DNA of 64,000 bases. Source: an uncultured Nitrosomonas sp. Its GTDB lineage: Bacteria; Pseudomonadota; Gammaproteobacteria; Burkholderiales; Nitrosomonadaceae. Both the position numbers and the translations under genes were made by a program. This document shows, piece by piece, positions 44,164 to 56,611 of the stretch; the stretch's first letter is position 1, and every line of letters starts with the position of its first letter. Below the pieces are notes generated by a model. It did no database searches and had not been told where the DNA came from. It saw only the letters and a program-made list of their open reading frames with translations. The stretch spans positions 97,274 through 161,273 of the forward strand of contig CAZYHY010000001.1 in NCBI GenBank assembly GCA_964647635.1, written 5' to 3'.

Positions 44164-45423
44164 CTAAACCTTGAACTCACCCAGTTTCTTTATAACCGCA
44201 ACATTTTTTAACCGAACATAGTCAGGTAGCCCATCTTTATAAGGCGGATAATCTTCGCCTTCAATCAGGGGCGACAGGTATTCACGGCATGCTTGAGTAA
44301 TACCGAAACCATCTTCACTGATAAAATCAGCCGGCATCATTTTCTCGACATTGGCGACATCGGCAAGCTGCGCCATACCTACCTTCCAGCGATATGGTGT
44401 ATTGGATTCACGAACGATCGTCGGCATGACGGCGTTATGTCCGGCGAGGGCGTATTCCACCGCAGCTTTACCCATGGCGTAAGCTTGATCTACGTCGGCT
44501 TTAGAAGCAATGTGGCGTGCAGCGCGCTGCAGATAGTCAGCGACACCCCAGTGATATTTCAATCCTAGGCCATCTTTGATGATATTTGCAACGACTGGCG
44601 CAACGCCGCCCAATTGCGCATGACCAAAAGCATCGCGCAGCCCCTGATCGGACAGGAAGTTACCATCTTCTCCCTTAACCCCTTCCGATACCACAACTGA
44701 ACAATAACCATATTCCTTGACACAATGATTCACTTTGGTAAGAAACTTTGCTTTGTCGAAGGTGATTTCCGGGAACAGAATAACCACCGGAATTTCGCAA
44801 TCCGGACTGGAGGCCAATCCACCCGCCGCAGCGATCCATCCCGCATGGCGACCCATTACTTCCAGTATGAAAACTTTGGTCGAGGTCTTGGACATGCTGG
44901 CTACGTCAAAACTCGCTTCGCGTGTAGAGACTGCAATATATTTGGCGACCGAACCAAAACCAGGGCAACAATCAGTAATCGGCAGATCATTATCAACCGT
45001 TTTGGGGACGTGGATTGCTTGAATCGGATAACCAAGGGTATCCGCTATTTGCGAGACCTTGAGGCAGGTATCAGCGGAATCGCCGCCGCCGTTGTAAAAG
45101 AAATAACCAATATTGTGCGCCTTGAATACTTCGATCAGACGCTCATATTCACGCCGATTCTGCTCCAGGCTCTTTAATTTGTAGCGACAAGAACCAAAAG
45201 CACCCGATGGGGTATAGCGCAGTGCAGCGATTGCAGCTGCCGAATCTGCGTTGGTGTCGATTAAATCCTCGGTCAGCGCACCGATGATGCCATTGCGACC
45301 TGCGTACACATTACCAATTTCATCGGAATATTGCCGCGCTGTTTCCAGAACGCCCGCGGCGGAAGCGTTAATAACAGCCGTAACGCCGCCCGATTGGGCA
45401 TAGAATGCATTTTTAATTGCCAT
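44164..45423 (-). CDS. pfp: Pyrophosphate-dependent 6-phosphofructokinase
   Basis: GGGDS (Asp at the position that is Gly in ATP-PFK GGDGS), PKTVDND, MGR; adjacent to hppA; AGGAGA RBS before ATG 45423. Confidence 0.88.
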   Translation of the reverse strand: MAIKNAFYAQSGGVTAVINASAAGVLETARQYSDEIGNVYAGRNGIIGALTEDLIDTNADSAAAIAALRYTPSGAFGSCRYKLKSLEQNRREYERLIEVFKAHNIGYFFYNGGGDSADTCLKVSQIADTLGYPIQAIHVPKTVDNDLPITDCCPGFGSVAKYIAVSTREASFDVASMSKTSTKVFILEVMGRHAGWIAAAGGLASSPDCEIPVVILFPEITFDKAKFLTKVNHCVKEYGYCSVVVSEGVKGEDGNFLSDQGLRDAFGHAQLGGVAPVVANIIKDGLGLKYHWGVADYLQRAARHIASKADVDQAYAMGKAAVEYALAGHNAVMPTIVRESNTPYRWKVGMAQLADVANVEKMMPADFISEDGFGITQACREYLSPLIEGEDYPPYKDGLPDYVRLKNVAVIKKLGEFKV

Positions 45424-45561
45424 TTTTTTCTCCTGATTGATCAAATCGTAAGTAAATTATTTATATTCTGCTCATTTGTATATACAAGAATTCAGGTGCG
45501 ATTAGCCAATATCCTGAATTTAGAATTTGTTATTTGAACCGGGAAATAAAGTCAGTTAAGT

Positions 45562-46239
<678 letters not shown>

Positions 46240-46339
46240 TTAAAATTTACTCAATGTAGTGACGAATTTATGTCTGCCACTTCAACGACATCGTGCGATT
46301 ATATCGCAGGCAAAGCAGATACTCGAGTTTTTTACTACA

Positions 46340-46379
46340 GTAACTTGTGACGAAGTTAAACAACTTCGTCACAAGTTAC
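46340..46379. repeat. Perfect 18-bp inverted repeat in the adk/recA divergent promoter region
   Basis: GTAACTTGTGACGAAGTT-aaac-AACTTCGTCACAAGTTAC. Confidence 0.9.
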
Positions 46380-46433
46380 ATTGATGCGGCACAGGTTATG
46401 CGATAATTTGATTGACTCTTAACAGGAAAAATC

Positions 46434-47492
46434 ATGGACGAAAATAGAAGTAAAGCGCTTGACGTTGCTCTGGCCCAAATCGAAAAACAGTTTGGCAAAG
46501 GTTCAATCATGCGATTGGGCGCTAATGATGTCGCCTATGATATACAGGTTGTTTCTACCGGTTCGTTGGGGCTTGATATTGCGCTGGGGGTGGGAGGATT
46601 GCCGCGCGGTCGGGTCATAGAAATTTATGGACCTGAATCTTCCGGTAAAACCACGTTGACACTCCAGGTGATTGCAGAAATGCAAAAGATCGGAGGAACC
46701 GCGGCCTTTATTGACGCCGAACATGCGCTGGATCCCCAATATGCGCAGAAAATCGGTGTCAATGTTCAGGAACTGCTGATATCTCAACCCGATAACGGCG
46801 AGCAGGCGCTGGAAATAGCCGACATGCTGGTACGCTCGGGTTCGGTGGATATTGTGGTAGTAGATTCAGTCGCGGCACTCACACCTCGTGCAGAAATTGA
46901 AGGCGATATGGGTGATCCGCAAATGGGATTGCAGGCACGGCTCATGTCGCAGGCGTTACGCAAACTCACCGCCAATATTAAACGCAGCAATACCATGGTC
47001 ATCTTCATTAACCAGATTCGCATGAAAATTGGCGTGATGTTCGGTAATCCTGAAACCACGACAGGTGGCAACGCATTAAAATTTTATGCATCCGTGCGCT
47101 TGGATATCCGCCGTACCGGATCGATTAAAAAAGGTGAAGAAGTCATTGGCAACGAAACGCGCGTGAAAGTGGTTAAAAATAAAGTGGCGCCACCGTTCAA
47201 GCAAGCGGATTTCGATATTTTGTACGGTGAAGGGATTTCGCGTGATAGCGAGATTATCGAATTGGGCGTATTACATAAGCTTATCGACAAAGCAGGTGCC
47301 TGGTATGCGTATAAAGGTGAGAAAATCGGCCAAGGCAAAGATAATGTGCGCGATTACCTGAAAGAGCACAAAGATATCGCGCAGGAAATTGAACAAAAAA
47401 TTCGATCGATTGTAGGGATCGTGGATCAAGCCAGACCAGCCAAAGAGAAAGCTGAGAAAGTCGAGAAAGAAAAAACGGATAAAGAGAAATAA
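46434..47492 (+). CDS. recA: Recombinase A
   Basis: [44 protein letters not shown]. Confidence 0.99.
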   Translation: MDENRSKALDVALAQIEKQFGKGSIMRLGANDVAYDIQVVSTGSLGLDIALGVGGLPRGRVIEIYGPESSGKTTLTLQVIAEMQKIGGTAAFIDAEHALDPQYAQKIGVNVQELLISQPDNGEQALEIADMLVRSGSVDIVVVDSVAALTPRAEIEGDMGDPQMGLQARLMSQALRKLTANIKRSNTMVIFINQIRMKIGVMFGNPETTTGGNALKFYASVRLDIRRTGSIKKGEEVIGNETRVKVVKNKVAPPFKQADFDILYGEGISRDSEIIELGVLHKLIDKAGAWYAYKGEKIGQGKDNVRDYLKEHKDIAQEIEQKIRSIVGIVDQARPAKEKAEKVEKEKTDKEK

Positions 47493-47497
47493 ATTTT

Positions 47498-47956
47498 GTG
47501 GATACCCGTTCTCCCCTGGAAATGCACGCGCTACGTTATCTGGCACAGCGCGAATATTCCCGTCCGGAACTGGAAAAAAAGCTTTCCGCTTATGCACGCT
47601 CATTTTCTCCGGAAGCTTTGTCGGCTGTGCTGGATGAACTGGAACAAAGCGGCTTTTTATCGGCGGAACGAGTTGTTGAACAAATCATCCGCACGCGCAG
47701 ATCCCGCTTTGGCAGCCAACGTATTGCTTATGAGTTAAAAGAAAAAGGCATCGATGAACATTTGATTCATGGTGCATTGCAATCGCTCAAGGAAACCGAA
47801 TTGGGTGCAGCAGTTGAGGTCTGGCAAAAGAAATTTGGCGAGCCGCCCGGCACTAGAGAAGAGCGTGGCAAACAAACGCGGTTCATGATGAGCAGGGGAT
47901 TTTCAATGGAAGTAATACAGCAGGTTTTATCACAAGCAAATGAGGAGAATCCATGA
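47498..47956 (+). CDS. recX: RecA regulator RecX
   Basis: ALRYLA.REYS..EL..KL, G..RI..EL..KGI, RF...RGF; follows recA. Confidence 0.93.
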   Translation: MDTRSPLEMHALRYLAQREYSRPELEKKLSAYARSFSPEALSAVLDELEQSGFLSAERVVEQIIRTRRSRFGSQRIAYELKEKGIDEHLIHGALQSLKETELGAAVEVWQKKFGEPPGTREERGKQTRFMMSRGFSMEVIQQVLSQANEENP

Positions 47957-48321
47957 AAAAATTGCTGATGCAAATGATGTTCATACTGGCAGTTTTTTTG
48001 CTGGCAGGCAATCAGGTCAGTGCGGATGACATAGTATCCATCAACGAAATCAATGAATCTGCCGTCAATTTTGATGACAAAGAAGTTAAACTGAAGGGCA
48101 TTGCAAAAAACCCCACACGCCTACCGATGGTCAATCTAAAATCCTATGTATTGGAAGATAAAAGCGGCGAAATCACAATTCTAACCGAGCTCGATTTACC
48201 CAAAATGAACGAAGAAATCACCATCCGCGTTAAAGTCAAAAGTCTGGCCATCGTCCAAGGCGAGGCAGTGGGTTTGACGGTATTTGAACTGGAACGGTAC
48301 GGGCAACAGCAAAAAATATGA
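47953..48321 (+). CDS. Exported small protein, probably OB-fold
   Basis: Signal peptide; V.L.G, Y.LED.SG.I.I and I.V.V strand pattern; ATGA overlaps at both ends. Confidence 0.7.
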   Translation: MKKLLMQMMFILAVFLLAGNQVSADDIVSINEINESAVNFDDKEVKLKGIAKNPTRLPMVNLKSYVLEDKSGEITILTELDLPKMNEEITIRVKVKSLAIVQGEAVGLTVFELERYGQQQKI

Positions 48322-50912
48322 AAAGCAGCGAAATACGACAAAAATTTCTCGAATTTTTTGAATCACATGGCCACACCATCGTAGCCTCCAGCCCGTTGGT
48401 ACCGAACAATGACCCGACCTTATTGTTCACCAATGCGGGGATGGTGCAATTCAAGGATGTATTTCTGGGCCAGGATAAACGTCCCTATGTGCGCGCAGCT
48501 AGTTCGCAGCGCTGCGTGCGTGCCGGCGGCAAACATAACGATCTGGAGAATGTCGGTTACACGGCGCGGCACCATACGTTTTTTGAAATGCTGGGAAATT
48601 TCAGCTTTGGCGATTATTTCAAACGCAATGCCATCCTGTTTGCCTGGGATTTTTTAACCCAATCACTGAAAATTCCACGCGAAAAATTGTGGGTGACTGT
48701 GTATGCGGAAGACGATGAAGCGGCGGATATCTGGCTGAACGAAGTCGGTGTCGATGCTGCCCGTCTAGTACGGATTGCCACCACGGATAATTTCTGGCAA
48801 ATGGGCGATACCGGCCCCTGCGGCCCCTGCTCCGAGATTTTTTATGATCATGGGCCGGACGTCAAAGGCGGGCCACCCGGTTCCGCCGATGCTGATGGCG
48901 ATCGTTACATTGAAATCTGGAATTTGGTATTCATGCAGTATAACCGCGACAGCGCCGGTACACTGCACCCGCTGCCCAAGCCATCGGTGGATACCGGTAT
49001 GGGACTGGAGCGGATTTCTGCGGTCATGCAGCATGTTCACAGTAATTACGACATCGATCTGTTCCAAAGTTTGATTAAAGCCGCTGCGCGCGTCACCCAT
49101 ACCAAAAACCTTGCGGACAATTCCTTAAAAGTGATTGCCGACCATATCCGTGCCTGTTCGTTTTTGATTACCGACGGCGTCATTCCCGGCAGCGAAGGGC
49201 GCGGTTACGTACTGCGGCGCATCATCCGTCGCGCTATCCGCCATGGCTATCAACTCGGACAAAAACAGCCTTTCTTTTATCAACTGGTAGAAGATTTAAG
49301 CAAAGTGATGGGGCAAGCCTATCCTGAACTGGTTGCCGCCAAAGTGCGAGTTGCTGCTGTGTTACAGCAAGAAGAAGAGCGTTTTGCCGAAACACTGGAA
49401 AATGGCATGCAGATTTTGGAAGCCGCGCTCAGTCAGAAAATCAAGGTATTGGATGGTGAAACCGCATTCCGGCTCTATGACACATTCGGTTTCCCGATTG
49501 ATCTGACCGCCGACATCGCGCGTGAACGTGGCATTGGCGTCGACCATGCCGGTTTTGAGCAGGCCATGGCACGTCAGCGCGAACAAGCGCGCGCCGCCAA
49601 TAAATTCACCATGCAGGAAGGTATTGAATACAGCGGCAATCAAACCACTTTTTATGGTTATGAAACCTTGCAGCATGAGGGGCAGGTATTGGCGATTTAC
49701 AAGCAAGGCAGCGCGGTGGATTGCATCGAAGCCGGCGATGAAGCGGTGGTGGTTCTGGATCAAACACCTTTTTATGCCGAATCCGGTGGACAAGTCGGCG
49801 ACAGCGGCGAGTTGCTGGTGGCGAATGGCGCTTTTGCCGTAGCGGACACGCAAAAAATACAAGTCGGCGTGTTTGGCCATAAAGGCCTACTGCGTAGCGG
49901 TCGGCTGGCGGTCAAGGATACCGTGCTGGCCAAAGTCAATCCGTTAACCCGTACCAGCATCGCAAATAACCATTCAGCGACACATTTACTGCATGCTGCG
50001 CTACGACAGATACTGGGTACGCATGTGACGCAAAAAGGCTCGTTGGTCGACGCCAATCGCACACGCTTTGACTTTGCTCATAACGCGCCACTATCTGCTG
50101 AAGAAATTCGTGACACCGAGCGTTTGGTCAACGAACAAATCCGTAACAACGCTATCGTGGAAGCGTCCACGATGAAGTATGACGACGCCATCAAGCGCGG
50201 CGCTATGGCGCTGTTTGGTGAAAAATATTCGGATGTCGTGCGCGTCATCGGCATGGGCGAATTTTCTACCGAATTATGTGGCGGTACACACGTGCCGCAA
50301 GCCGGACAAATCGGCTTTTTTAAAATTGTGACGGAATCTGGCGTCGCTGCCGGTATTCGCCGCGTTGAAGCGGTCACCGGAAAAGCAGCGGTCGACTATG
50401 TACAACAACGCGAAGCGCAATTGCTGGAAATAGCGCATAGCTTAAAAACCAGTCCGCAGGAAGTCACGCAAAAAATTGCCCAAATTATCGACAATGTACG
50501 GCAAGCTGAAAAAGAACTGACACGGCTAAAAACCAAACTGGCCAGTTCTCAGGGCGACGATCTGGCGGCACAAACACAGGAAATAAAAGGCATCAAAGTG
50601 TTGGCTGCCAATCTGGAAAATGCCGATGCCAAAGTATTGCGTGAAACGCTGGATCAGCTCAAAGATAAACTGAAATCCTGCGCCATCGTGCTGAGTACCG
50701 TTGAAGACGGGAAAATAACCCTGATCGCCGGCGTCAGCGCCGACCTGACCAGTCAGATCAAAGCCGGCGAATTAGTCAATTTTGTAGCACAGCAAGTCGG
50801 CGGCAAAGGCGGCGGACGGCCGGATATGGCGCAGGCAGGTGGTACGCAACCGGAGCATTTGCCGGCAGCACTGGCAAGTGTGGTGGATTGGGTGGAAAAG
50901 AAAATGATTTAG
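48318..50912 (+). CDS. alaS: Alanine--tRNA ligase
   Basis: [49 protein letters not shown]. Confidence 0.99.
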   Translation: MKSSEIRQKFLEFFESHGHTIVASSPLVPNNDPTLLFTNAGMVQFKDVFLGQDKRPYVRAASSQRCVRAGGKHNDLENVGYTARHHTFFEMLGNFSFGDYFKRNAILFAWDFLTQSLKIPREKLWVTVYAEDDEAADIWLNEVGVDAARLVRIATTDNFWQMGDTGPCGPCSEIFYDHGPDVKGGPPGSADADGDRYIEIWNLVFMQYNRDSAGTLHPLPKPSVDTGMGLERISAVMQHVHSNYDIDLFQSLIKAAARVTHTKNLADNSLKVIADHIRACSFLITDGVIPGSEGRGYVLRRIIRRAIRHGYQLGQKQPFFYQLVEDLSKVMGQAYPELVAAKVRVAAVLQQEEERFAETLENGMQILEAALSQKIKVLDGETAFRLYDTFGFPIDLTADIARERGIGVDHAGFEQAMARQREQARAANKFTMQEGIEYSGNQTTFYGYETLQHEGQVLAIYKQGSAVDCIEAGDEAVVVLDQTPFYAESGGQVGDSGELLVANGAFAVADTQKIQVGVFGHKGLLRSGRLAVKDTVLAKVNPLTRTSIANNHSATHLLHAALRQILGTHVTQKGSLVDANRTRFDFAHNAPLSAEEIRDTERLVNEQIRNNAIVEASTMKYDDAIKRGAMALFGEKYSDVVRVIGMGEFSTELCGGTHVPQAGQIGFFKIVTESGVAAGIRRVEAVTGKAAVDYVQQREAQLLEIAHSLKTSPQEVTQKIAQIIDNVRQAEKELTRLKTKLASSQGDDLAAQTQEIKGIKVLAANLENADAKVLRETLDQLKDKLKSCAIVLSTVEDGKITLIAGVSADLTSQIKAGELVNFVAQQVGGKGGGRPDMAQAGGTQPEHLPAALASVVDWVEKKMI

Positions 50913-51041
50913 TTATAAATCAATCCCATGATCAAAAAATTGCTCTCATAGGCAAACATGATTACCTTGGACAAAAATATGAAGAAGGTATTGTTAATCT
51001 GAAGATTATCGCTGAGGAATAAATCAATACTTCTAAATAGA

Positions 51042-51374
51042 ATGACGAATAAATTTAAAAATGCGTTTGTTTGCTTAATAAGTCTTTCTCTATTGGGGTG
51101 CGGAACCGTTAACACGGTTATCAAAGGCGATTCGACTGCACGGCGTGATCTCAATCAAGTGAAATCGCCCTGCGAAACAATACCGCGAATTTACAGCGGT
51201 GTTTCCTACGATGTGTGTGTATTACGTGGAAAACCATCGCGTACGACATTATGGGGGGGAGCGGCTCCGGAATTAATGCTCGTTGATTTGGTGTTATCAG
51301 CGGTATTGGATACGGTTGCTTTACCTTATACAGTTTATGGGCAAATTAACGAAGGCTCAATCCATCTCAAGTAA
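51042..51374 (+). CDS. YceK/YidQ family lipoprotein
   Basis: Lipobox LLGC, IYSGV..D, D...SAV.DT..LPY. Confidence 0.85.
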   Translation: MTNKFKNAFVCLISLSLLGCGTVNTVIKGDSTARRDLNQVKSPCETIPRIYSGVSYDVCVLRGKPSRTTLWGGAAPELMLVDLVLSAVLDTVALPYTVYGQINEGSIHLK

Positions 51375-51517
51375 AGCAATAATAAGCTACTGGTTAGTAT
51401 AGACGCTACAATCGCTCATTAGTGCTAACTTCAGAGCAATTAAAATTTATACCATAATCAACGCTTGAATCAGCCATTTCAGTTTCTCCAATGCAGTAAT
51501 AATCTTCTGTAGAGCCG

Positions 51518-54112
51518 ATGAAAACCCAAAAAGACCAACATACTCCCATGATGCAACAATACTTGCGCATTAAGGCGCAGCATCCGGACATGCTGATGTT
51601 TTATCGCATGGGGGATTTTTATGAGTTGTTTTTTGACGATGCGGAGAAAGCGTCAAAACTGTTGGGAATCACGTTAACGCAGCGTGGCGCTTCTGCCGGG
51701 GAGCCGATTAAAATGGCGGGGGTGCCTTATCATGCGGCTGAACAGTATTTGGCAAAGCTGGTCAAGGCGGGTGAATCCGTCGCTATTTGTGAGCAGGTAG
51801 GGGATCCGGCTACCAGCAAGGGGCCGGTAGCGCGTGAAGTGACTCGCATCATCACGCCTGGAACGTTGACCGATGCGGCGTTGCTAGAGGATAAGCGCGA
51901 CTGCATTTTATTGGCTGTATTTTTGCATGAATCGACTTTGGGATTGGCGTGGCTGAATCTAGCGGCTGGGCAATTGCGTGTGATGGAAACGTCATCTCAG
52001 AATCTGCTCAGCGAGCTGGAGCGATTGCAGCCGGCAGAAATTCTGTTACCAGAAACGTTGACGCTGACTGAGCTACAAGGGAAAAATTGGGCGTTAAAGC
52101 GTTTGCCTGTATGGCAGTTTGATAACGATAGTGCAGTTGATAGTCTTACGCGGCAGTTTGCAACGCATGATTTGTCCGGTTTTGGTTGTGAGGATTTATC
52201 GACCGCGTTATGCGCTGCCGGCGCTTTATTGGAATACACCCGCTTGACGCAAGGATCGGCTGCGCTCCACGTCACGTCATTGCAAGCTGAGCGGGAAAAT
52301 ATCTATGTGCGCATGGATGCTGCGACGCGACGTAATCTGGAAATTTCTGAAACCATTCGCGGTGAACGATCACCCACGCTGTTGTCATTACTGGATACGT
52401 GTTCAACCAACATGGGTAGCCGTTTGCTGCAATTCTGGCTGCATCATCCACTCCGCGATCGTGCAGCCATACAAAAACGACTCGATAGCATCGCAACTTT
52501 GATCGGAGAAAATGAGCAGAGCCATTATCTGGCTGCGCGCAGTCTGTTGCGGCAGATCGTCGATATTGAGCGGATTACTGCGCGCATTGCACTCAAATCG
52601 GCGCGTCCGCGGGATTTGTCGGGTTTGCGTGACAGTTTGCAACGATTACCGGAAATTATCCAAGTCGTTGCAACGTGTAGCAGCGAGAGAATCAGCCAAT
52701 TGATCCAAGCCATGCAGATCGAACCTGCGCTGGTTGAATTATTGACTAAATCTTTATTGGCAGAACCCGGTGTGGTGTTGCGCGAAGGCAATGTGATCGC
52801 CGATGGTTATGACGCTGAACTCGATGAGTTACGCGCGCTGCAAAATAATTGCGGCGAATTCTTGTTGCAGCTGGAAAAGCGTGAAAAGGAACGCACCGGT
52901 ATTCCTAATCTGAAGGTGGAATATAATCGTGTTCATGGTTTTTATATCGAAGTTACGCACGCGCACAGCGAAAAAATACCCGACGATTACCGACGCAGAC
53001 AAACCTTAAAAAGCGCTGAGCGCTATATTACGCCGGAGCTGAAAGCTTTTGAGGACAAAGCATTGTCCGCGCAGGACCGGGCGTTGGCGCGAGAAAAATT
53101 TTTATATGATGGATTGTTGGAGGCGTTATTAAAGTATGTTGGCGCATTGCAGAAAATAGCTGTGAGTATTGCTGAGGTCGATGTTCTGTGTGCAATGGCG
53201 GAACGTGCGCAAGCACTTGATTATTGCGCCCCGCATCTATCGGATGAGGACGTTTTTACCATAGAGGCCGGACGTCACCCGGTCGTGGAGAGCCAGATAG
53301 AGAATTTTGTTGCCAACGATGTTCAGTTAGGCGCTGAGTCTACCGGAAAACCGCAGATGTTGATGATTACCGGCCCCAACATGGGCGGCAAATCCACGTA
53401 TATGCGGCAAATCGCGCTCATTGCCTTATTGGCTCACTGTGGCAGTTATGTGCCCGCCAAACAAGTGTGCATCGGTGTGCTGGATCAGATCTTCACTCGG
53501 ATCGGCGCTGCCGATGATCTTGCCAGCGGCCGTTCGACATTTATGGTGGAAATGACGGAAACGGCTAATATATTGCATAACGCGACGGCACACAGCTTGG
53601 TGCTGATGGATGAAGTCGGGCGCGGCACTTCCACTTTTGACGGTTTGGCGCTAGCGTTCGCAATTGCCCGGTATTTGCTGACCAAGAACCGCAGCTTTAC
53701 ATTGTTTGCAACGCATTACTTTGAATTAATAAAACTTGCGGAAGAATTTAAACATATCAAGAATGTTCACTTGGATGCGGTGGAGTATAAGCACCGTATT
53801 GTTTTTCTACATAAAGTAGCCGAGGGTCCGGCAAGCCAGAGCTATGGTCTGCAAGTCGCCGCACTGGCAGGTGTTCCCGAATCAGTCATTAAAGTGGCGA
53901 GAAAGCACCTGATTAAACTGGAACAGAAGAGTGTAAAGAAAGCGCCGCAACTGGATTTGTTTTCCAGTTGCGTTCTTGAGCCGGAACAAGATACTACAGA
54001 AGAGCATCCAGTGATTGCGATGTTACAAAATCTTGCGCCTGATGAACTCAGTCCCAAGCAAGCACTCGAGCAGCTTTATCTATTGAAGAAAGCAATTGAT
54101 ATTGCAAAATGA
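51518..54112 (+). CDS. mutS: DNA mismatch repair protein MutS
   Basis: [42 protein letters not shown]. Confidence 0.99.
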   Translation: MKTQKDQHTPMMQQYLRIKAQHPDMLMFYRMGDFYELFFDDAEKASKLLGITLTQRGASAGEPIKMAGVPYHAAEQYLAKLVKAGESVAICEQVGDPATSKGPVAREVTRIITPGTLTDAALLEDKRDCILLAVFLHESTLGLAWLNLAAGQLRVMETSSQNLLSELERLQPAEILLPETLTLTELQGKNWALKRLPVWQFDNDSAVDSLTRQFATHDLSGFGCEDLSTALCAAGALLEYTRLTQGSAALHVTSLQAERENIYVRMDAATRRNLEISETIRGERSPTLLSLLDTCSTNMGSRLLQFWLHHPLRDRAAIQKRLDSIATLIGENEQSHYLAARSLLRQIVDIERITARIALKSARPRDLSGLRDSLQRLPEIIQVVATCSSERISQLIQAMQIEPALVELLTKSLLAEPGVVLREGNVIADGYDAELDELRALQNNCGEFLLQLEKREKERTGIPNLKVEYNRVHGFYIEVTHAHSEKIPDDYRRRQTLKSAERYITPELKAFEDKALSAQDRALAREKFLYDGLLEALLKYVGALQKIAVSIAEVDVLCAMAERAQALDYCAPHLSDEDVFTIEAGRHPVVESQIENFVANDVQLGAESTGKPQMLMITGPNMGGKSTYMRQIALIALLAHCGSYVPAKQVCIGVLDQIFTRIGAADDLASGRSTFMVEMTETANILHNATAHSLVLMDEVGRGTSTFDGLALAFAIARYLLTKNRSFTLFATHYFELIKLAEEFKHIKNVHLDAVEYKHRIVFLHKVAEGPASQSYGLQVAALAGVPESVIKVARKHLIKLEQKSVKKAPQLDLFSSCVLEPEQDTTEEHPVIAMLQNLAPDELSPKQALEQLYLLKKAIDIAK

Positions 54113-54175
54113 CGGTTAACCTTTCGAGCAACCGGATGCAGTTTTTCTGTTAACAAGGCGGTTGAAAACGATTTG

Positions 54176-54661
54176 TTAATGCTCGTGACCATGGCCGTGC
54201 GCACCGTGTACGTGTTCATGAGTAATTTCTTCCAGTGTGGCTGGTCGAACTGCGGTTACCGTGCAGGCAAAATTCAATCGCATGCCTGCAAAAGGATGGT
54301 TGCCGTCGACAATGACGCTATCGTCAGTCACGTCGGTTACTTTGTAAACGATGATGTCATCCGAGTCTTCTGCGCCACCCTCAAAATGCATGCCTATCGC
54401 CACATTATCAGGAAAAGAACTGCGCGGTTCTACGCGGATCAATTCGGCATCATATTCACCAAAAGTATCTTCCGGTTCCATGGAAACGGAGCAGGAGTAG
54501 CCAATTTCCATTTCGTGCAGCGCTTCTTCAACCAAAGGAAAAATGCCGCCGTAGCCACCGTGCAAGTAACTGATTGGCGTATCTGTTTTTTCCAGAATGT
54601 TTCCTGTGGCATCTGATAATTCATAATCGAGAGAGACCACGGTGTTTTTTTCGATGCGCAT
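54176..54661 (-). CDS. slyD: FKBP-type peptidyl-prolyl isomerase, SlyD-like
   Basis: YLHGG, DGNHP.AG..L, short His-rich tail HEHVHGAHGHGHEH; start taken at ATG 54661. Confidence 0.9.
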   Translation of the reverse strand: MRIEKNTVVSLDYELSDATGNILEKTDTPISYLHGGYGGIFPLVEEALHEMEIGYSCSVSMEPEDTFGEYDAELIRVEPRSSFPDNVAIGMHFEGGAEDSDDIIVYKVTDVTDDSVIVDGNHPFAGMRLNFACTVTAVRPATLEEITHEHVHGAHGHGHEH

Positions 54662-54845
54662 AGTAGGCTTATCCTTATCTAATCTAATACTCAAAAAATT
54701 TGTCTAAAACTTACACAAAATTAAATAAACGCCATTATACGCACAAAGTAAATTTTTGCCTTGTTTTGGAGGCGACAGATGCTCGGTGAAAATGCTATCC
54801 CCAGCATTGCAATTATTTTTATTCTATTGTCAGACTGAAATTCAG

Positions 54846-55505
54846 TTATTGGCTAAGCAAATCCAGGTTACCAACGCTTGATACGGCTGCTTGTGTGAGT
54901 GCATCTTGGGACAATATGCTTTTCCTGACCGGCGCAAAACTTTGCCGGTGCACCTCGCAGGCGCCATGTTGTTGTAGCGCGGCCAAATGTTGTTTGGTGG
55001 GGTATCCCTTGTGCTGATCAAATCCATACAATGGAAAACGCTGATGTAATCTGTGCATTTCTGCGTCCCGCGCTGTTTTGGCAAGGATCGAAGCGGCTGA
55101 GATTTCAGGTATCAGGCTATCGCCTCGTATGATGGTGCGTACCGGGCATTTCAGGCGCGGGCTTTGATTGCCATCAACCCATACCAGATGCGGTGTGAAG
55201 GGTAGGCTCTCTACCGCGCGTTTCATGGCAAGCAAGCTCGCTTGTAGAATATTGAGCTGATCGATTTCTTGTACCGAAGCAGAAGCGATTGCCCATGCTT
55301 TAGCATGTGTTTTGATCGTGCTTGCCAGCGCGTTACGTTTTTTTTCGCTCAGTGTCTTGGAGTCAGCCAGTCCGTCTATTTTGTAGTCAGCATCCAACAC
55401 CACGCATGCTGCGAAAACAGGCCCGGCCAGTGGTCCTCTGCCGGCTTCGTCGGTACCGCAAATCAACGTATCGGTACCAGTCGCTTCGATTCCTGGATTT
55501 TTCAT
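54846..55505 (-). CDS. rnhB: Ribonuclease HII
   Basis: [37 protein letters not shown]. Confidence 0.97.
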   Translation of the reverse strand: MKNPGIEATGTDTLICGTDEAGRGPLAGPVFAACVVLDADYKIDGLADSKTLSEKKRNALASTIKTHAKAWAIASASVQEIDQLNILQASLLAMKRAVESLPFTPHLVWVDGNQSPRLKCPVRTIIRGDSLIPEISAASILAKTARDAEMHRLHQRFPLYGFDQHKGYPTKQHLAALQQHGACEVHRQSFAPVRKSILSQDALTQAAVSSVGNLDLLSQ

Positions 55506-55540
55506 TCGCGGCTGCTATAACAGCAGGGGATGGTTATGTG

Positions 55541-55984
55541 TTATATATTTCTCGAGGTACACATCAGTTTGGCTTCAGTGACGAGCTGCCCATCGACTTC
55601 AGCACGCGCCGAATACTTCCATAAGCCTTTTATTTGCCGTTCGATGGCCACCTTGAGTATTAGCTGATCACCGGCCATGACGGGTTTTTTAAAGCGAACG
55701 CCATCAATGCCTACAAAGTAATAAACTCTGTCATCCTTATTGGTTGTGTCTTCTGTTCTAAGTGTCAGAATGGCGGCAGCTTGTGCTAATGCCTCTACAA
55801 TCAGCACGCCCGGCATGACAGGATAATGCGGGAAATGTCCTGAAAAGAAGGGTTCATTGATAGAAACATTTTTTAGCGCAACGATATCCTTGCCCGCCTC
55901 GAAAGAGATCACTCTATCCACCAATAACAGTGGATAGCGATGCGGAAGATATTTCAGGATTTCGTGAATATTCATGGTGCTCAT
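55541..55984 (-). CDS. fabZ: 3-hydroxyacyl-ACP dehydratase
   Basis: [28 protein letters not shown]. Confidence 0.97.
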   Translation of the reverse strand: MSTMNIHEILKYLPHRYPLLLVDRVISFEAGKDIVALKNVSINEPFFSGHFPHYPVMPGVLIVEALAQAAAILTLRTEDTTNKDDRVYYFVGIDGVRFKKPVMAGDQLILKVAIERQIKGLWKYSARAEVDGQLVTEAKLMCTSRNI

Positions 55985-56048
55985 ATTGTTGTTTTCCTTT
56001 TAACGCAATATCCATCGTAATAGGCGGTTGGATTCTACAAATGATGGA

Positions 56049-56591
56049 TTATTCACTATTGAGTGCTTTAATGACTTGGTCTGTAATATCAATGCGATAG
56101 CTTCTATAAACAGAGTCTTGCAGTTGCAAAATCAGATCATACTTTTCTGCTTCGGCGATTTTACTGATCGCCCGATTGGTGCGCTCCAGAATGACGCCGT
56201 ATTCCTCGTTCTGACGCACGCTCAGATCTTCGCGCATTTGTTTTTGTGCGCGCTGATATTCCCGGCTAAGATTGGCCAGATTTCTTTCTAAGTGGCGTCG
56301 TTCGGTCTCTTCCATGGTTATACCGTTTTTTTCAAGCTTGTCTTGAAGTGTCTTAGCCTGTACAGCAATTTTTTTGATATCTTCGTCACGCGGCACAAAT
56401 TCCTGTTCGATTTTTTTCTGTGCCTGTATCGCCGGCAAAGATTCTCGCAAAATCTTTTCGGTATTTACCACGCCAATTTTGATATCGCCGGCAAACGCAA
56501 TATCACCCGCCAACCCACTGACGGAAGCTATGATGATAAGGATCATCAGCTTATTACACCACCATCGATCGATTTTTTCCGGTATTTTCAC
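56049..56591 (-). CDS. skp: Periplasmic chaperone Skp (OmpH)
   Basis: KIGVVN, long coiled coil, YDLIL, DITD.VI; follows bamA. Confidence 0.93.
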   Translation of the reverse strand: MKIPEKIDRWWCNKLMILIIIASVSGLAGDIAFAGDIKIGVVNTEKILRESLPAIQAQKKIEQEFVPRDEDIKKIAVQAKTLQDKLEKNGITMEETERRHLERNLANLSREYQRAQKQMREDLSVRQNEEYGVILERTNRAISKIAEAEKYDLILQLQDSVYRSYRIDITDQVIKALNSE

Positions 56592-56611
56592 CTGACAGGA
56601 CTCAACTGAAT

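Noticed and set aside
46388..46402. GG-N10-GC sigma54-like spacing upstream of recA
   Set aside because: Flanks match TGGCAC/TTGC poorly, and an extended -10 sigma70 reading fits at least as well
54147..54178. TAACAAGGCGGTTGAAAA resembling the MITE terminal repeat, between mutS and slyD
   Set aside because: Short, mismatched and without a partner end; may be chance
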